Source: an uncultured Gammaproteobacteria bacterium (lineage in GTDB: Bacteria > Pseudomonadota > Gammaproteobacteria > Ga0077536). From it: a stretch of DNA of 64,000 nucleotides. The first letter of the stretch is position 1; the number at the start of each line of letters is the position of its first letter. The notes under the pieces were generated by a model, which was given only the letters and a program-made list of their open reading frames with translations, ran no database searches and had not been told where the DNA came from. This document shows, piece by piece, positions 61,052 to 64,000 of the stretch. The DNA lies in the NCBI GenBank assembly GCA_942490995.1, contig CALOBG010000065.1, forward strand, positions 7,005-71,004, in the 5' to 3' direction. The translations under genes and the position numbers were made by a program.

Positions 61052-63487
61052 ATGAGCGACGATCCCGGCACGCTGGAGGCCCGGGTCGGCTTTCTTGTCC
61101 CACTCAACAAGTTACCGCCGGAACGGCGGGCGCGCCTGCTGGAACAATCGCAGGTGATCACCCTGCGCAAGAAGCAGACCCTGTTCAAGCAAGGTGAACG
61201 AGACGATTTCACCTATTATCTGATCGACGGCGAAATCGAAATGTACGCCGACGACTCCCTGATCAAACGCGTTACGGGTGGCGACGGCGCTTCGTTTCAG
61301 CCGCTCGCGCAGTTGCAACCGCGACAGATGAGCGCCGTTGCCAAAAGCAAAGCGGAGATCCTGCAGGTCAAGCGCAGCCTCCTCGATCAGCTCCTGAGCA
61401 TGGACGAGGCCGCGCCGGAGCCCGACACCGGCATGGAAGTCGAGGAAATGGAGGCCGACCAGGGCGGCGACTGGCTGATGACCCTGCTGCAGTCGGAATT
61501 GTTTACCCGCATTCCGCCGTCCAATATTCAGGGTCTGCTCGACACCCTCGAAACAATTTCTCTGCAGGCCGGTGACGTCGTCATCAAGCAGGGTGAACCC
61601 GGAGATTTTTATTACGCCATCCAGAGCGGCGCCTGCGAAGTTGTGCGCAGCGGCGCGAACCAGCGCGAGATCAAGCTCGCCGAACTCGAGACCGGCGCAA
61701 CTTTTGGTGAGGAGGCGCTGATCTCCGGCGCCAAACGCAATGCCACGGTGCGGATGACGCGCGCCGGCGATCTCGCGCGGCTGACCAAGGAAGATTTTTC
61801 GCGCCTGATCAAGGCGCCTCTGCTGAATTCGATGACCCGTCAACAGGCCGAAACAAAAATTGCCGCCGGCGCCACCTGGCTCGACGTGCGGTTTGAGGAC
61901 GAGTTTGCCCATAACGGCATCGCCGGGGCCGTCAACATACCGCACGGCACGCTGCGTACGCGTATGGACGAACTCAATCCGGAGTCCGCCTACGTGGCCT
62001 ACTGCGATACCGGCGGACGCAGTTCGGCGGCCGCGTTTCTGCTTGCCGAGAAGGGCTTCGAGATTGGCTACGTCGAAGGCGGCGCGGTCACCGAGCCGAT
62101 ACCGGAAAAATCCGCGGCGCCTGCGCCGGCAAAGAAAGCCCGGTCAACGACCAGGAAATCAAGTACCAGCACGGCCGGTAAATCCAGCCCGGAGCAGGCG
62201 CAAGCTGCGTCGAGCGCGGCGCCGACCCGGGAACAGGACAGCCAGGCATTGCTGGAGGCGAGTGCGCTCGCGTCCAGCCTCAGCGCCGAAGCCGAAAAGG
62301 CTCAACTTACCATCGACAAGGCACGCGCAATGATGGCCGAAGCAGAGGCCATGAAGCGCGAGGCGGAACGAGTGGTCGCGGAGAAACTCGCGGCGGAACG
62401 TAATCGGATTGACAGCGAGGCGACCAGGCTTAAAGAGAAACTCGCCGAAGCGGAAGCCGTCAAACTCGAATCACAGCGCGCCGCACAAGCCAGGATCGAC
62501 GAAGAACAGCAGCGCATCAAAGCCGAAGCGAGCAAACTGGAACAACGCCTCGCCGAAGCCGAACGGCTGAAAGCGGCTCTCACCGAACAACACAAGGCGG
62601 CCGAAGCGGACGCCGCGCGGCGTCAGGAGGAAGTCGAGCAACGCGTGCGCGCACTCGAAGACCAGACCCGCGAGCGCCTGCAGACCGAGGAGCGGCGCCT
62701 CGAGGCGCTATACCAGGACCAGACCGCGCAGCTCGAATCTCTGCAGGCCGACCGCGAGGTCGAGCTGCGCGCCAGGCTCAGCGACGAACTGGCCACGGAA
62801 CGCAGAAAGTTCGAGCAGGAAGTGCTGCGCACGAACGAAGAACTCGAGCGCGCCCAGGAAGAACGCCGCCAGGCGATCGCGGCAAAGGAAGCGGCAGCGG
62901 AAGAAGCACGTTCCACGATCGCCGAATTCAAGGCCGAACAACAGGCTTTGCAGGTCGAGCAGCAGGCTGCGCTCGATCGCGAGCGCCAGCGCCTGCAGGC
63001 CGAAGCGAAGCGTATCGAACAGATCCGCGCCGAGGCGGGCAAGGCACGCGAGGCGGCCGAGGCCGCGCAACAGGCGGCGGAACTCGAACTGCAACAGGCG
63101 CGGGAGCGCGCCGCCGAGGCCGCTTCAATCGCCGACGAACGCGCTCTGGACGAAATTGAAAAACGCGCCTCGGCCGCGCAACGATCGTTGAATAAGGCGA
63201 TCCGGGCCGAAACCGTCGTGCAGACCGCGGCGCGAGAGAACGAAGACCAGCTCGAGCGCACTTACGACACGGCTACCGAGATCAATCTGTTGCTCGAGAA
63301 GGAATTGAAGGAATTTGTCGGCGACCAGGAAAAATTTCAGGAATCGACCCTGCAGCGTGAAGTGCTGTCACGCCAGAAGGAAATGGTCGAACGGATCAAG
63401 GCTCGCGCCGCACAGGTGCAACGCGAGCGCGAGACGCAGAACCTGAGCCTGCTCGACGAAATCGAACAGCAATTAAAAAAGAACTGA
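61052..63487 (+). CDS. Giant cNMP-cNMP-rhodanese-coiled-coil protein, paralog B (811 aa)
   Basis: Degenerate CNB (LAQLQPRQMSA), canonical CNB (FGEEALISGAKRNATV), rhodanese (WLDVR, YCDTGGRS, VEGG), P/S/A/K linker, long charged helical region. Confidence 0.92.
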   Translation: MSDDPGTLEARVGFLVPLNKLPPERRARLLEQSQVITLRKKQTLFKQGERDDFTYYLIDGEIEMYADDSLIKRVTGGDGASFQPLAQLQPRQMSAVAKSKAEILQVKRSLLDQLLSMDEAAPEPDTGMEVEEMEADQGGDWLMTLLQSELFTRIPPSNIQGLLDTLETISLQAGDVVIKQGEPGDFYYAIQSGACEVVRSGANQREIKLAELETGATFGEEALISGAKRNATVRMTRAGDLARLTKEDFSRLIKAPLLNSMTRQQAETKIAAGATWLDVRFEDEFAHNGIAGAVNIPHGTLRTRMDELNPESAYVAYCDTGGRSSAAAFLLAEKGFEIGYVEGGAVTEPIPEKSAAPAPAKKARSTTRKSSTSTAGKSSPEQAQAASSAAPTREQDSQALLEASALASSLSAEAEKAQLTIDKARAMMAEAEAMKREAERVVAEKLAAERNRIDSEATRLKEKLAEAEAVKLESQRAAQARIDEEQQRIKAEASKLEQRLAEAERLKAALTEQHKAAEADAARRQEEVEQRVRALEDQTRERLQTEERRLEALYQDQTAQLESLQADREVELRARLSDELATERRKFEQEVLRTNEELERAQEERRQAIAAKEAAAEEARSTIAEFKAEQQALQVEQQAALDRERQRLQAEAKRIEQIRAEAGKAREAAEAAQQAAELELQQARERAAEAASIADERALDEIEKRASAAQRSLNKAIRAETVVQTAARENEDQLERTYDTATEINLLLEKELKEFVGDQEKFQESTLQREVLSRQKEMVERIKARAAQVQRERETQNLSLLDEIEQQLKKN
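62333..62575 (+). repeat. 36-codon tandem repeats (M/L)AEAExxK in paralog B
   Basis: Units start at 62333, 62441 and 62549, exactly 108 nt apart. Confidence 0.8.
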
Positions 63488-63557
63488 ATAAGGGTTCGAA
63501 ATCGTGCGGCCGACAGTCGCTGGTGGCGTGCGGATCGCGCCAACTGCACGCACTTAT

Positions 63558-64000
63558 TCAGGCCGCGGTCGCGGCATCCATACCCATTTGATCGCAGAGA
63601 AATGCGGTCAGAAGACGTTCGGCGCGCTGGTTCAAGTCGACGAAACGCATCCCGATCACGCAGCGCGGTTCTGAATCCACCGTAGTCAGGTACAACAATC
63701 GGCAGTCGCATTCGAGGTGCGCCGCGCCCGCGGCCAGCGGTAAGGTGATGTCGGCCTTGAACAGCACGTCCGACATCGGATCAACCCTGCCGCCCGCGGG
63801 ATGAAGCTGGCGGGCGGCGGCGATATCGCAACGTAGCTGCAGTCCGTCGGGCGATACATTCAGGGCGAGCACGGGTACTTCTTCGCCGTCGGCGCTGAAA
63901 ATGCGCACCCCGCCATCGATCGGTATACGCGGATACTGGCGCTGTTCGTCAAGCTTTTCGACGAGCTGCCAGACCAGGCTGCCGCGCCTGGCTGGTGATT
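63558..64000 (-). CDS. PilZ-domain protein (5' end probably beyond the window)
   Basis: Frame is open to the window edge: ..LDEQRQYPRIPIDG (RxxxR) and ALNVSPDG ((D/N)xSxxG), C-terminal IGMRF; the ORF track started downstream of RxxxR. Confidence 0.88.
   Translation of the reverse strand, partial: SPARRGSLVWQLVEKLDEQRQYPRIPIDGGVRIFSADGEEVPVLALNVSPDGLQLRCDIAAARQLHPAGGRVDPMSDVLFKADITLPLAAGAAHLECDCRLLYLTTVDSEPRCVIGMRFVDLNQRAERLLTAFLCDQMGMDAATAA

Noticed and set aside
57444-63487. The cNMP proteins as CRP-type transcription factors, CBASS/Pycsar effectors or SMC proteins
   Set aside because: No HTH follows the CNB domains; there is no adjacent cyclase, TIR, nuclease or TM effector; and there are no Walker motifs or hinge.

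Overview
GC-rich gammaproteobacterial chromosome segment. 1-40.9 kb is core genome: the dcw cluster (lpxC partial, ftsZ-ftsA-ftsQ-ddl-murB-murC-murG-ftsW-murD-mraY-murF-murE-ftsI-ftsL-rsmH-mraZ, with a sigma70 promoter and MraZ boxes), RNase P RNA, rsmI / lpoA-yraN-gmhA-BON, petABC-sspAB, degS, murA-hisG-hisD (hisD is frameshifted), mlaC, gloA, purT, pdxB and queA-tgt-yajC-secDF. Behind tRNA-Leu(CAA) (40900-40986) lies an accessory region of about 10 kb with no integrase. It holds an actinobacterial-style hydroxyphenylpropionate meta-cleavage operon (FAD monooxygenase, hydrolase, an MDR reductase lacking catalytic zinc ligands, MhpB-type dioxygenase, GntR), a DUF3237 relic, a GNAT, a CDF transporter and a complete but frameshifted IS1380 with CTAG target duplication. 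Next come an APH/NahK-like kinase, an M16C peptidase and yajQ-CPXCG-DUF3301. The most unusual locus is 57.4-64 kb: two divergently transcribed, full-length paralogous giant proteins (995 and 811 aa). Each has a degenerate cNMP-binding domain, a canonical cNMP-binding domain, a rhodanese domain with Cys318, and a long charged helical rod ending in a shared C-terminal motif. A DUF465/YdcH gene and a near-consensus CRP box lie between them, and a PilZ protein and YajQ flank them. This looks like an undescribed cyclic-nucleotide-controlled scaffold/filament system. Family calls come from motif recognition only; no database search was run. Start codons were corrected by hand where the ORF track over-extends them.
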